DNA of 33,548 nt from Deltaproteobacteria bacterium (GCA_030592345.1 JAUVJO010000003.1:1-33548), one strand, 5' to 3'. Positions 9,648 to 19,910 are shown, counted from the stretch's first letter. Notes: generated by a model from the sequence alone, not told the origin. A program made the numbers and translations.

Positions 9648-10454
9648 TTACTCCATACCTATTATCGCAATCCCGTTCTCATCCGCTACCCTTACCATCT
9701 CGTCCCTATCAAATACGACTGTATTGTCTGCCTCAACTGCCAGGACCGAGGCGCAAACATCAGACATGGCCTGAATGGTATTGACTCCGACGGCAGGCAT
9801 GTCAAATCGCATGTCCTGGTTTGGCTTGCTTGCCTTCACAACGACAGTTTTTTTTCTTCCAAGCTCCCCTCCTCGTTTTATGGTGGCATCAGTACCATCA
9901 ATCGCCTCAACTGCCATCACTGCCCTGTCTCTGACAACCACCGTCTGACCGATATCCAGCCTTCCGATCTCCTTTACTATACGCCACCCAAAATGCACGT
10001 CAGCCATCTCAGCCCTAGAGGGCTTGCGACGTGTCCAAATGCCTTTTTGTGCCAGGATCTCCGGCACCAAAAAAGTGGAGGCATGCATGGTAATGCCTGC
10101 CTTTTCCAGTTCGTCGGCAAACGCACGAAGAACTCCATCATCCTGCGTGTGGTCCATGGTGGCCAGAACCTTCAGTGCCCTTAGGTCAGGCCTTACATCA
10201 GAAAACATTCTGGTCTTTGTAATAGCCCCAGCCATTACCGCATCCCTGACTCCATGGTCCCTAAAAAACGAAATGAGTCGATTCACCTGGCCCAGCTTGA
10301 TCCACTTTGTCGCCTCCACAAACGTCTCCAGGCGACCTTCTGTTTCTCCCACATGCGCTACAGCGTAAACCCTTAATCCCTTTTTCCGGGCTGCCCTTGA
10401 AAAAACAACAGGAAACTGTCCGCTTCCCGCAATTAGTCCTATACGTTCCATCAC
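9648..10454 (-). CDS. lpxI: UDP-2,3-diacylglucosamine diphosphatase LpxI
   Basis: IGLIAGSGQFP, LDIGQTVVV, AVEAIDGTDATIKR, KPNQDMRFDMP. Confidence 0.94.
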   Translation of the reverse strand: MMERIGLIAGSGQFPVVFSRAARKKGLRVYAVAHVGETEGRLETFVEATKWIKLGQVNRLISFFRDHGVRDAVMAGAITKTRMFSDVRPDLRALKVLATMDHTQDDGVLRAFADELEKAGITMHASTFLVPEILAQKGIWTRRKPSRAEMADVHFGWRIVKEIGRLDIGQTVVVRDRAVMAVEAIDGTDATIKRGGELGRKKTVVVKASKPNQDMRFDMPAVGVNTIQAMSDVCASVLAVEADNTVVFDRDEMVRVADENGIAIIGME

Positions 10455-11224
10455 CTCGTTATCCCACGCTCCGAGGACTTGATAAATTCTACCAGACTAG
10501 TAACCTCGGGGGCCTGATCGACCTCTGCATTGACCCTTTCGATCGCTTCGTTCAACGTCAACCCCAGGCGAAACACGATGCGATAGGCCTTTTTAAGAGC
10601 AAGGACCGTCTCTGTTTGAAAATCACGCCGCTTCAGCCCAACGACATTCAACCCGTGGAGTTTTGCCCGGGGCGTACCCGAGGCAAGCATGTAGGGCGGA
10701 ACGTCTTTTGTAACCGCAGTGACAGCCCCCACAAAGGCAAAGTCTCCGATCCGTACAAATTGGTGGACCGCCACAAACGCCCCCAAGGTCGCGTAATCTC
10801 CCAGCTTGATATGACCACCCAGGCTTGCAGCATTGGCAAGGATAACCTTTCGGCCAGTGAAGCAGTCGTGAGCAATGTGCACATAGGCCATCAAAAAATT
10901 CTCTTCCCCAATTTCGGTCATTCCCCCCCCGAACCCGGTTCCACGGTGAATCGTCACGAATTCACGAATGGTAGTTCCACGACCGATTCTCAAAAAAGTT
11001 TTTTCCCCTCTGTATTTAAGATCCTGGGGCATGGCACCTATGGCCGCGTGCTGAAAAATCGTGCAATCCGGTCCAATGGTCGTATACTGGTCGATGGTCA
11101 CATGAGCACCAATGGTAGTGCCAGCATGTATTTGAACGTCAGGACCTATAACAACATAGGGCCCGATTTCTACATCAGGATCGATCAAGGCATTTGAATC
11201 AATCACAGCCGTAGGATGTATCAT
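10451..11224 (-). CDS. lpxA: UDP-N-acetylglucosamine acyltransferase
   Basis: MIHPTAVI start (ATGA overlap with the fabZ stop), hexapeptide repeats, PQDLKY, IREFVTIHRGT, HIAHDC, VHQF. Confidence 0.97.
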   Translation of the reverse strand: MIHPTAVIDSNALIDPDVEIGPYVVIGPDVQIHAGTTIGAHVTIDQYTTIGPDCTIFQHAAIGAMPQDLKYRGEKTFLRIGRGTTIREFVTIHRGTGFGGGMTEIGEENFLMAYVHIAHDCFTGRKVILANAASLGGHIKLGDYATLGAFVAVHQFVRIGDFAFVGAVTAVTKDVPPYMLASGTPRAKLHGLNVVGLKRRDFQTETVLALKKAYRIVFRLGLTLNEAIERVNAEVDQAPEVTSLVEFIKSSERGITR

Positions 11225-11667
11225 GGCTTTTCTCCTGTCATGGCCGTGATCTCGGCATCTGCAACCAGCTTTCCGTCCACTGTTGCCTTGCATAACATTC
11301 TTGATACGTTTCCGCGTCTTCTAGTCCAGATTATTTCAAACACGAGTTGGTCTCCCGGAACGACGGGTTTTCTGAAACGGGCCTTATCAATGCCCATGAA
11401 GTAGACCGGGCCCCCCCTCTTTTCCTCCGGCAGAGAAGCATAAACAAGCACACCTCCTATCTGCGCCATGGCTTCAACAATGAGCACACCCGGCATAACG
11501 GGTGTTCCCGGAAAATGGCCCTGGAAAAACGGTTCATTTATTGTAACATTCTTAATGCCGACAATGCGTTCATCCGGCACCAGTTCGATAATCCGATCAA
11601 CCAAAATAAAGGGATACCGGTGGGGCAAGAGCTCCATGATCTTCAGGATGTCATATACCATTTTCAC
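11221..11667 (-). CDS. fabZ: 3-hydroxyacyl-ACP dehydratase
   Basis: [39 protein letters not shown]. Confidence 0.97.
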   Translation of the reverse strand: MKMVYDILKIMELLPHRYPFILVDRIIELVPDERIVGIKNVTINEPFFQGHFPGTPVMPGVLIVEAMAQIGGVLVYASLPEEKRGGPVYFMGIDKARFRKPVVPGDQLVFEIIWTRRRGNVSRMLCKATVDGKLVADAEITAMTGEKP

Positions 11668-11680
11668 TTCTAATTCCTTT

Positions 11681-12703
11681 TTATACCTTTTCCAGTTCTT
11701 CGATTCGCCCCTCCAGCTCTCTTAGCTTCTTTTTCATATCAGGAAGTTTCGGAATAATATTAGAAACTCTTAACCACAACCGATGGGGCATGCCGGGACT
11801 ACCGGTGACGACCTGACCATCAGGTACAGACTTGGCAATCCCCGCTTGGGGTCCGATAGTCGCACGGTCACCAATGTTAAGATGTCCTGCAATTCCTGCC
11901 TGGGCGGCCAGAATCGCATGGTTTCCGATCGTAACACTACCGGATATGCCCACTTGAGCGACAAGGACAGTATCTTCACCCACCACTACATTGTGAGCAA
12001 TTTGAATCAGGTTATCTGTCTTCACGCCCCGTTTGATCCAGGTCTTGCCAAAGGTGGCTCGATCTATCGTATTGCAGGCACCGATCTCAACATCATCATC
12101 GATACGCACGATACCAACCTGGGGAATCTTATAGTACTTATCGCCATCAGACGCAAAGCCAAAGCCTTCGCTGCCGATCACAGATCCTGCCTGGATGATA
12201 ACTCTGTTACCAATCTGGCAACGGTCCAAAATAGACACATTGGGATGCACAACCACATTGTTTCCGATCTCCACGCTGTTGCCAATCATTACTCCGGCGT
12301 GGAGAGTGACGCAGTCACCCAGGGTGACGTCGTCTCCGATGAATACACCTGCATATATTGAGATCTCTTTGCCGTGCCTGAACTTCTTGCCCACATGTGC
12401 TTGTTGGCTGATACCAATCACTGGCCGTGAAACAGCGTGGAACAGGCCCGAAACCTTCGCTAAAGCCAAATAAGGGTTTTCAACACGCACAAGGATCTTC
12501 TTGGATCGATCAATCTCAAACGGGACAATCACCGCACTGGCACCGGTCTCATCAATCCGTTCCCTGTACCTGGCAGATGTGGCAAAGGTTATGTCCTCAG
12601 GGCCGGCTTCATCAAGGGCGGCAACACCCCGAATGATACAATCACCGGGACCTGCCAGCTCACCCCCGACAAGCTCGGCAATCTTGCCTACGGTCAGTTC
12701 CAT
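11681..12703 (-). CDS. lpxD: UDP-3-O-acylglucosamine N-acyltransferase
   Basis: Hexapeptide repeats, [33 protein letters not shown]. Confidence 0.97.
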   Translation of the reverse strand: MELTVGKIAELVGGELAGPGDCIIRGVAALDEAGPEDITFATSARYRERIDETGASAVIVPFEIDRSKKILVRVENPYLALAKVSGLFHAVSRPVIGISQQAHVGKKFRHGKEISIYAGVFIGDDVTLGDCVTLHAGVMIGNSVEIGNNVVVHPNVSILDRCQIGNRVIIQAGSVIGSEGFGFASDGDKYYKIPQVGIVRIDDDVEIGACNTIDRATFGKTWIKRGVKTDNLIQIAHNVVVGEDTVLVAQVGISGSVTIGNHAILAAQAGIAGHLNIGDRATIGPQAGIAKSVPDGQVVTGSPGMPHRLWLRVSNIIPKLPDMKKKLRELEGRIEELEKV

Positions 12704-12750
12704 TTCCTGTCACCCATTTGACGTCATTTATTTTAGATAATCGTTTTTCA

Positions 12751-12810
12751 TTCGATGTTGGACGTTCGATGTTCGATGTTCATCTTTTAATATGTTCGAC
12801 GTTCATCTTT
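12751..12810. repeat. Heptamer array (GTTCGAT-like)
   Basis: ttcgatgttggacgttcgatgttcgatgttca...atgttcgacgttca; followed by a CCTGTGAACGTTTA end at about 12840-12853. Confidence 0.75.
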
Positions 12811-12867
12811 CAAAACAATCCCGTACGGCATAAATGTAACCTGTGAACGTTTAAAACAACTTAGCGC

Positions 12868-13446
12868 TTATGACTCTTTTTCCTCTGACCTGCCTGTTGA
12901 TTTGTCTTTCTTTCCTGCACGTTTTGTATCCAGGACATCATACGCCTCTATGACCCGGTCTGTGATATCAATGGTATCTGGTGCATAGACCACACCCCCA
13001 AACCGGCGTTCGAGAATCAATAAATAGCCCTCTCGCCTTCCTATTTCTTCAGCAATCTCAAAAACGTCTTTTTTGATCTCATCAGAGAGCTTAAGGTTCA
13101 GGTCCTTTAGATTTTCCAGGTACCGTCTTTTGAGAGACTGTAGATCGTTTGCCATGATCCGAAAGTTCCGTTCCTTTTCCTCGCGGGCTTCCAGGCTCAT
13201 GACCAGGGCCTTCTGCTCAAGGGACTTCTGCAATTCCTCAATCTTAGCCTCTTTTTCTTTAAGGACCTGTTCCATTTTCTTTCCTTGGCTCTTGATCTCA
13301 ACAGCAGATCGCTTACCGGCAATCGAGGCGTCGATTACCGTTTGGAAGTCTATAATCCCTATTTTTGCCACCTCGGCCCCGTAAACGACTCCGGCAGTAC
13401 AAAACAAACAGAAAATGACAGATATAAAAACCGTACGCATCTTCAT
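12868..13446 (-). CDS. skp: OmpH/Skp periplasmic chaperone
   Basis: Signal peptide, KIGIIDFQ, coiled coil, IDITDRVI; ATG 13446 after AAGGAGG; between bamA and lpxD. Confidence 0.92.
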   Translation of the reverse strand: MKMRTVFISVIFCLFCTAGVVYGAEVAKIGIIDFQTVIDASIAGKRSAVEIKSQGKKMEQVLKEKEAKIEELQKSLEQKALVMSLEAREEKERNFRIMANDLQSLKRRYLENLKDLNLKLSDEIKKDVFEIAEEIGRREGYLLILERRFGGVVYAPDTIDITDRVIEAYDVLDTKRAGKKDKSTGRSEEKES

Positions 13447-13464
13447 GAAAAACCTCCTTGTCTT

Positions 13465-13505
13465 GTCATTGGTCATTTGTGAACCAACGACGAATGACAA
13501 ATGAC
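13465..13505. repeat. Inverted GTCATT heptamer hairpin
   Basis: gtcattggtcatttgt ... acgaatgacaaatgac; same unit family as 18106-18202. Confidence 0.7.
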
Positions 13506-16169
13506 TCAAAATGCCGCCCCCATGGCAAACTCAAAGCGTCCCTCACCTTTCTGACCTTGTTTATCATCCAAAATGTAACCATACTCCAAACGAATCGGAC
13601 CCATGGGCGAAAACCACCGGATACCATATCCTATACTGCTTCTGAGCTCTCCGAGGTCCATATTTTCTCCATTTTCATAGGACATTCCCGTATCGTAGAA
13701 AAGCACACCCTGCAAACCTGACTTCTTTACAATGGGAAACATAAACTCCACATTGAATTGCAGCATCTTGTTCCCGCCGATCGGATCATCAGTATCCGGA
13801 TCCTTGGGACTGATATCTCGCCATTCATAACCCCGCACCGAGCCTATACCTCCCAGGTAGAAACGTTCCCATACTGGCACCTTGCCGGTACTGTTTCCGC
13901 CGATAAAGCCGATGCGGCCATGTAACAGGCCGACCGTATCCCATAAAAGGGGGAAATACCATCCGGAATCCCCCACAAACTTGGTATAGCCAATATCTCC
14001 GCCAAAAGGTATGCCTGCGTGCTTGACCGTAATACTATGATCCGAGCCTTTAGTAGGCTGGAAGACCCGGTCTCTTGAATCGCGGTGCAAAACCGCGGTA
14101 ATGGTGTGGGCTACGTTTATCCCCTCCATATCCCTGATGGCATAGGAAGCGTCTTCGGTAAGATTTCTGATGTCACTCCGGTCATAGTTATACGACAGGA
14201 AGGCTCTGGTGTAATCAAGAACCGGATACCCAAACCGAATGGTCCCTCCAGTGCTATCCTTGTCATACGTGTCATAGTCCATCTCCGTCATATAAAGATC
14301 AAAACCTGCTACCAGGGGCATGTCAAAAAGCCACGGTTCAGTGAAGCCAAATGTGAAGGTATTTCTTCTGCCGCCCAGTTGGCCAAGGAGGTTCAAGGTA
14401 TATCCTTTCCCAAGAAAGTTCCTTTGTGAAATCGAGGCCATAAAAAACAGTTTGTCCACAGAACTGAAGCCACCGCCAAAGCTGAATGTTCCGGTTGGTT
14501 TTTCTGTCACGTCGAGCTTGAGGATAATCTTGTCATCAGCGCTACCTTTTGCCGTGTTTATCTTGATGTCCTCAAAATAATCAAGGCGGTGGAGGTTTTG
14601 CGCCCCCCTCTTTAATCGCTTCCCGCTATAAAGTTCCTGCTCATACACGTTGAGCTGTCTGCGGATGACCTTGTCCCTGGTCTTGGTGTTGCCGGCAATT
14701 ACGATCTTTTCGAAATAAACGAGTGGTCCCTTGTTGATCACATATGTGATATTGGCCTTGTGTTCTTCAAAGTCCTGATCAATACGCGGTGAAATATCAG
14801 GGTAAGCATAGCCTGCATCCGAGTATATGTCCCCCAGAGCAAGGAGGTCTTGTCTTATCACTTCCCGGTTGTAGACCCCTTGCCTGCAAATCCTTATCTT
14901 CTCAAGCAAGATATCTTTCGGCTGAATCAGGTCTCCCTCAAGGTCAACTCTGCCAACCTTAAACTGGGGCCCCTCTTCTATCTTGATAGTGATATGAATC
15001 CAGCGCCCATCATAGGTAATCTCTGGCTCACCAACTCTTGCCTGAATGTAGCCGTGATTGTGATAGTAAGCAGCTATCTTGGATACATCCTGGTCCAAGA
15101 CTTCATAATCCAAATCGCCCGATGACGTAAGCAACGAAAACCAATCCTTCTCCGCTGTCTTCATCACGTCCTCCAACGTATCGTCATCAAAGGCATTGTT
15201 TCCCTCAAAAGAGATTACCTTGACAAAGACCTTCTCACCCTCTTTGATGACAAAAATAACATCAGCACGAGTATCTGAGACAGGCTCTATCTCATAGCTT
15301 ACCTCGACATGATGATAACCCTTTTCTTTGTAAAGATTTTCAATCTCACTTTGGGCATCTCGAAGGCTGTTGACGTTTAGGACAGACCCTTGTCTCATGT
15401 GGATCAAGTCTTTGATCTTTTCATCATCCAATGCATTGTTGCCTTTGACTTCGATGTTACGAAGCGTCTCCTTTTCCGTAACCTGAAAAGTCACAACCTT
15501 GCCTTCAGGCGTGTTGCTGGCCTCTACTCGAACGTCACCAAAATACCCCATCCTGAAAACCGATTTTACGTCATCCTGTATGTGCTTTGCCAGATACGTA
15601 TCACCCTTCTTAGTCTTGACAACCCTTTTTATGGCCTCAGTTTCTATCCGCTTGTTCCCCATGATCACGACCTGTACGACCTTCTCCCGTTTGAGTATCT
15701 TCATACTAAGGTCGCGGCCCAGTTGACGAACCGAATCTTCCAGGCTCTCAATGCCTTCCCCTTCCACATAAAAGGCATCCGGAAGCTTTTCACCGTAGGA
15801 CTCTACCATTTTGGCATCCAGGCTGTAACGTTTATCCATCTGCGTGAAGCTTCCCCAAATGACAAAATCGGCACCAACGCTCATGCCCAATGAACGGTAA
15901 TGATCCACGCCCAAGACTGCTTTACCCGTGGGGATCGGTTCACCTGCAAACGGTGCCTCTACGGCCAAAACACTATCCTCTTTGAGTTGCTGCACAAGCA
16001 GGGTCTGAATGTGGTCCCTCAAGGACTCGGCCCCTTCAGGGGTATGCACCTCAAAGGGCAAAACGACCACTGGCACACTCTCCTGGGCCAAAACACTCGG
16101 CCACCACGCCAACAAAATCACAACAGCAGACAACCAGTGTCTAAGTATATGTCTCTGTAAACGTATCAT
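13506..16169 (-). CDS. bamA: Outer membrane protein assembly factor BamA with N-terminal extension
   Basis: Signal peptide, POTRA repeats (GNTKTRDKVIRR), VRGYE loop-6 motif, WFSPMGPIRLEYG, C-terminal Phe. Confidence 0.96.
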   Translation of the reverse strand: MIRLQRHILRHWLSAVVILLAWWPSVLAQESVPVVVLPFEVHTPEGAESLRDHIQTLLVQQLKEDSVLAVEAPFAGEPIPTGKAVLGVDHYRSLGMSVGADFVIWGSFTQMDKRYSLDAKMVESYGEKLPDAFYVEGEGIESLEDSVRQLGRDLSMKILKREKVVQVVIMGNKRIETEAIKRVVKTKKGDTYLAKHIQDDVKSVFRMGYFGDVRVEASNTPEGKVVTFQVTEKETLRNIEVKGNNALDDEKIKDLIHMRQGSVLNVNSLRDAQSEIENLYKEKGYHHVEVSYEIEPVSDTRADVIFVIKEGEKVFVKVISFEGNNAFDDDTLEDVMKTAEKDWFSLLTSSGDLDYEVLDQDVSKIAAYYHNHGYIQARVGEPEITYDGRWIHITIKIEEGPQFKVGRVDLEGDLIQPKDILLEKIRICRQGVYNREVIRQDLLALGDIYSDAGYAYPDISPRIDQDFEEHKANITYVINKGPLVYFEKIVIAGNTKTRDKVIRRQLNVYEQELYSGKRLKRGAQNLHRLDYFEDIKINTAKGSADDKIILKLDVTEKPTGTFSFGGGFSSVDKLFFMASISQRNFLGKGYTLNLLGQLGGRRNTFTFGFTEPWLFDMPLVAGFDLYMTEMDYDTYDKDSTGGTIRFGYPVLDYTRAFLSYNYDRSDIRNLTEDASYAIRDMEGINVAHTITAVLHRDSRDRVFQPTKGSDHSITVKHAGIPFGGDIGYTKFVGDSGWYFPLLWDTVGLLHGRIGFIGGNSTGKVPVWERFYLGGIGSVRGYEWRDISPKDPDTDDPIGGNKMLQFNVEFMFPIVKKSGLQGVLFYDTGMSYENGENMDLGELRSSIGYGIRWFSPMGPIRLEYGYILDDKQGQKGEGRFEFAMGAAF

Positions 16170-16170
16170 C

Positions 16171-16860
16171 TCAATTCACTGGCACTGTTTTGCCGTCTAT
16201 TAACGTCACCTGACGGGACAGTCTTTCTGCCAATTTCATATTGTGGGTGACGATCACGGCGGTAACACCGTCATCGCGGTTTAATGAAATCAAAAGGTCA
16301 TGTATGGTTTCACCAGTCTTGGTATCGAGGTTCCCCGTTGGCTCGTCTGCCAACAACACGGAAGGTTTGAGCACCAAAGACCTGGCCACAGCGACCCTTT
16401 GTTGTTCACCACCGGAGAGTTCCCCTACCTGGTGCCTGAAGCGATGCTTCATGCCCACACGTACCAATATGGCTTCGGCCAGTTCAGACGCCTCTTTGGC
16501 GTTCATCCCTTTTATCAAAGCGGGCATCATAGTGTTTTCGAGGGCGTCAAATTCCGGCAGCAGATGATGAAATTGAAATACAAAACCAATGGTCTGATTG
16601 CGGAAAGAAGCGAGTCTCTCATCATCATAACCAAAAACGCTCTTGCCTTTGAAAAGAACATCTCCACTATCCGGCCGTTCCAAGGTCCCCAGCACATGCA
16701 GAAGGGTTGACTTGCCCACCCCGGAGGCCCCAACAATGGCAACCATCTCTCCTTGCTCGATTTCCAAAGAGACACCTTGCAGCACGTCCACCCGGTTGCC
16801 ACTCGTGATGAACGATTTGTGAACCCCTATGACGCTTATCAACGGCTGCTGGCTATTCAT
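16171..16860 (-). CDS. lolD: Lipoprotein-releasing ABC transporter ATPase
   Basis: GASGVGKSTLLH, GFVFQFHHLLPEF, LSGGEQQRVAVAR, LADEPTGNLD. Confidence 0.94.
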   Translation of the reverse strand: MNSQQPLISVIGVHKSFITSGNRVDVLQGVSLEIEQGEMVAIVGASGVGKSTLLHVLGTLERPDSGDVLFKGKSVFGYDDERLASFRNQTIGFVFQFHHLLPEFDALENTMMPALIKGMNAKEASELAEAILVRVGMKHRFRHQVGELSGGEQQRVAVARSLVLKPSVLLADEPTGNLDTKTGETIHDLLISLNRDDGVTAVIVTHNMKLAERLSRQVTLIDGKTVPVN

Positions 16861-18109
16861 ACCTGATGGCTGCTGCTGGCTCCAATCTGGACGCTTGATA
16901 CGACGGGTAGAGAGTAGCCAGAAAGCTAATGGCTAGGGCCGATAGCGCTATGATAGTCACGTCCAGCACCTGGACTTTGACGGGGAGCGTAGAAATATAG
17001 TACACGTCGCTCGGAAGCTTCACGAATTCGTACCGCTTTAACAAATAACAAAGCAAACCGCCTCCCATCAAGCCGAGGATAGTCCCCACCACGCCAATGA
17101 TAAGACCGTCCATCACAAAAATTCGCATGATGCTCTTTGCCTTGGCACCCATGGATTTCAGGATAGCAATTTCCTTGGTTTTATCCATGACCATCATGAT
17201 CAGCGTGCTGATAATATTGAAGGCAGCCACTAAAATTATCATTACCAGAATGATAAACATGACAACCTTCTCCAGTTTTAAGGCCGAAAGAAAATTCCTG
17301 TTCATCTGCATCCAGTCTTGAGTCCAATAACCTGGTCCTAAGTGCTCCAGGATGGCATCAGAAATGCGCTTGACACTATAGACGTCATCCACCCTCACCT
17401 CTATGCCATGGACCGTATCTCTAAGCTTCAGGAGTTGCTGTGCTGATTCAATCGAAACATAGGAAAAAGTCGTGTCATAGTCGTACATCCCTGAATCAAA
17501 CAGAGCCACGACACTGAATTTCTTCATACGTGGCACCCGACCCCCAATCGGTGTAAGGCTTCCGCTTAAGGGTGAGATGACGTATAGTTCGTCTCCCGGA
17601 TTCGCTGTCAGCAGCCTGGCAAGCTCCTTTCCTAAGATGATCCCGGGAGGGGGTGCTGTTTCTGTCACTGTCCGCGAGCTGTTCTCTTGAGCCAATGCTT
17701 GCAAATCGGTCCCCTTCATGCACTTTTCCAAATCCAACACCCGACCAGCCCGCGAAGGGTCGATTCCCTTCAAGATGGCCCCGGAAACAGAGGGGCCGCA
17801 CCGAAGCATCACTTGACTGTGAATGAAAGGAGCTGCAGCCTCCACCCCCTCCACGGCCTCAATCTCCTTGATGACCTCATTATACGACTTCAGTTTGCCC
17901 ATTCGACTCATGACTCGGATATGGGCATTCATTCCAAGGATTTTTGACTTGATATCCGCGCTGAATCCGGTCATAACCGCCAGCACGACCATCATAGCCA
18001 TAACGCCCAGCATGACCCCTGCGATAGATATCAGGGCGTTAATTGAAATAAAAACCTGTCTCTGTTTTGCCCGAAGGTACCTAAGGCACACGAAGAATTC
18101 AAATCTCAT
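16853..18109 (-). CDS. lolE: Lipoprotein-releasing ABC transporter permease (single LolC/E-type gene)
   Basis: LRYLRAK, VLAVMTGF, AAFNIISTLIMMV, EIAILKSMGA, ATLYPS..ASRLEPA. Confidence 0.92.
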   Translation of the reverse strand: MRFEFFVCLRYLRAKQRQVFISINALISIAGVMLGVMAMMVVLAVMTGFSADIKSKILGMNAHIRVMSRMGKLKSYNEVIKEIEAVEGVEAAAPFIHSQVMLRCGPSVSGAILKGIDPSRAGRVLDLEKCMKGTDLQALAQENSSRTVTETAPPPGIILGKELARLLTANPGDELYVISPLSGSLTPIGGRVPRMKKFSVVALFDSGMYDYDTTFSYVSIESAQQLLKLRDTVHGIEVRVDDVYSVKRISDAILEHLGPGYWTQDWMQMNRNFLSALKLEKVVMFIILVMIILVAAFNIISTLIMMVMDKTKEIAILKSMGAKAKSIMRIFVMDGLIIGVVGTILGLMGGGLLCYLLKRYEFVKLPSDVYYISTLPVKVQVLDVTIIALSALAISFLATLYPSYQASRLEPAAAIRYE

Positions 18110-18202
18110 TGGTTATTTGTCACTGGTTATTTGTCACTGGTTATTTGTCATTTGTCTCTTGTCACAAGTGGTAAACGAATCATACCAATGACAAATGACC
18201 AA
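18106..18202. repeat. GTCAYT/GTTATT heptamer array with inverted tail
   Basis: (ggttatttgtcact)x2 ggttatttgtcatttgtc... ending ccaatgacaaatgacc; contains the lolE ATG. Confidence 0.8.
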
Positions 18203-18203
18203 C

Positions 18204-18364
18204 TATACCTCGGAAGGTCACAAGTTGCGCTTTTCTCGGTGAGTCATGAGCATCAAGAGCAAGGCGCGAAGGCGCGGAATAGCTGGCTATTGCAAGCCTG
18301 AGCAACACGGCTATTAATGTTCATGGCCGGCGAAAAAGTGTCATTTGTGGCCTTTCGAGGTATA
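18204..18364 (+). mobile_element. 161-bp TA-ended palindromic MITE-like element, family B copy 1
   Basis: TATACCTCG...CGAGGTATA ends, long imperfect inverted arms, AAGGC...AACAC core; near-identical to 23581-23741; 1 bp from the lysS stop. Confidence 0.85.
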
Positions 18365-18365
18365 A

Positions 18366-19844
18366 CTAATAACTAATATTCTTTAACAGGGGAAAGAGGA
18401 TCACTTCACGGATGGAAGGCGCATCGGTCAGCAACATGACAAATCTGTCAACGCCGATGCCTTCACCCGCTGTTGGAGGCATGCCGTATTCGAGAGCTAA
18501 CAGGTAGTCTTCGTCCATGTAGTGTGCTTCTTCGTCACCTTCCTCACGATTTTTAGCCTGATCCAAGAAGCGCTTTTTCTGGTCAATAGGGTCGTTGAGT
18601 TCCGAAAACCCGTTGGCGATCTCGTAGCCTCCAATAAAGAGCTCGAATCGCTCGGTCATATCAGGGTCCGAGCTGCTCCTCCTGGCAAGTGGCGAGATTT
18701 CCACTGGATAGCCTGTAATAAAAGTGGGCTCGGTCAGTTTGGGCTCCACTAATACGTCGAAAAGCTTTGTCAGGATCTTGCCTCTCCGCCCTTTTTTCGT
18801 AATGTGGATCCCTTTGGATTCGGCAAAATCGAGCAATCGCTTCCGATCATTGAACAGGGAAGAATCAATGCCGCCCAGATCACTCAGTGCTTCCTTCAGT
18901 GTTAATCGTCGCCAAGGTCCATCCAAGTCAATGTTCATCCCCTGGTATGTAAAATGAGTCGCCCCAAAAACCCGCTGGGTCACGAATCGGAACATCTCCT
19001 CGGTAAAATTCATAAGATCGTCATACGTCGCATAAGCCGCATAGAATTCCAACATGGTGAATTCCGGATTGTGTCGGCTTGAAACACCTTCGTTTCTGAA
19101 ATTTCGGTTTATTTCAAAAACTCGATCAACCCCCCCAATCACCAATCGCTTTAGATAGAGCTCGGGTGCTATCCGCAAGAAAAGCTCCATGCCTAATGCG
19201 TTATGAAATGTTTTAAATGGGGTAGCCTCAGCCCCGCCGGGGATGGGCTGCATCATGGGTGTCTCCACCTCGAGGAAACCCTGTTCAAGTAGATAGTCCC
19301 TAAAGGCTCGAATAATTCGTGCCCTGTTGATAAAAATGTCCCGGACACCCGGGTTCATAATCAAGTCAAGATACCTCTGGCGGTAACGCTTCTCCGGGTC
19401 CCTTAGTCCGTGGAATTTTTCGGGCAGTGGCCTAACCGCCTTACAAAGCAGGCAAATCCCTTTGGCCAAAAGAGTCCATTCACCTGTCTTTGTCTGAAAT
19501 ATTGTCCCCTTGATTCCGATGAAGTCACCAATGTCAACTTGTTTGAACAACTCGTAGGCATCTTCGCCAACCTCGTCTTTTTTTACGTAAGCTTGAAGCT
19601 GCCCCGTGTAATCCTTGAAATGGAGGAACGCAGCCCTTCCGAAAGACCTGAGCCCGACAATCCGGCCAGCCATTGCAAAAAAAGTCGAATCATCGGCAGC
19701 CGTATCTTTTTTGCCAATATGCTTCCTTACGTCCTCGACACTGTGAGACACCTTGAAATCGTTGGGATAAAGCTCGACACCCTGGTCAGCCAGTGCCTTT
19801 GCTTTTTCTCGTCGTTGGCGAACAACTTCACTCGATTCGTCCAC
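18366..19844 (-). CDS. lysS: Lysyl-tRNA synthetase class II
   Basis: PLPEKFHGL, RYRQRYLDL, FLEVETPMM, RIAPELYLKRL, FRNEG, HNPEFTMLE, YGMPPTAGEGIG; GTG start at 19844 chosen. Confidence 0.98.
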   Translation of the reverse strand: MDESSEVVRQRREKAKALADQGVELYPNDFKVSHSVEDVRKHIGKKDTAADDSTFFAMAGRIVGLRSFGRAAFLHFKDYTGQLQAYVKKDEVGEDAYELFKQVDIGDFIGIKGTIFQTKTGEWTLLAKGICLLCKAVRPLPEKFHGLRDPEKRYRQRYLDLIMNPGVRDIFINRARIIRAFRDYLLEQGFLEVETPMMQPIPGGAEATPFKTFHNALGMELFLRIAPELYLKRLVIGGVDRVFEINRNFRNEGVSSRHNPEFTMLEFYAAYATYDDLMNFTEEMFRFVTQRVFGATHFTYQGMNIDLDGPWRRLTLKEALSDLGGIDSSLFNDRKRLLDFAESKGIHITKKGRRGKILTKLFDVLVEPKLTEPTFITGYPVEISPLARRSSSDPDMTERFELFIGGYEIANGFSELNDPIDQKKRFLDQAKNREEGDEEAHYMDEDYLLALEYGMPPTAGEGIGVDRFVMLLTDAPSIREVILFPLLKNISY

Positions 19845-19881
19845 AGTACACCGATACCTCACCGAAAAGTTTAAGAAATCT

Positions 19882-19910
19882 TTGCTAGCCCATTTGCCAT
19901 AACGTGTCAA
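19882..19910 (-). promoter_or_regulatory. Putative sigma70 promoter of lysS
   Basis: TTGACA-N17-TAGCAA on the minus strand. Confidence 0.5.

Noticed and set aside
10307-11197. 296-aa plus-strand ORF and other long antisense ORFs (11783, 15390, 7341, 6416)
   Set aside because: They overlap well-supported minus-strand genes and show no recognisable motifs; treated as shadow ORFs.
19845-19910. N-terminal extensions in the ORF track for lysS, lptF, lpxA, skp, ycaR and pilC
   Set aside because: Downstream starts have SD sequences or stop-start coupling and match family N-termini; the lysS TTG is the predicted -35 box.
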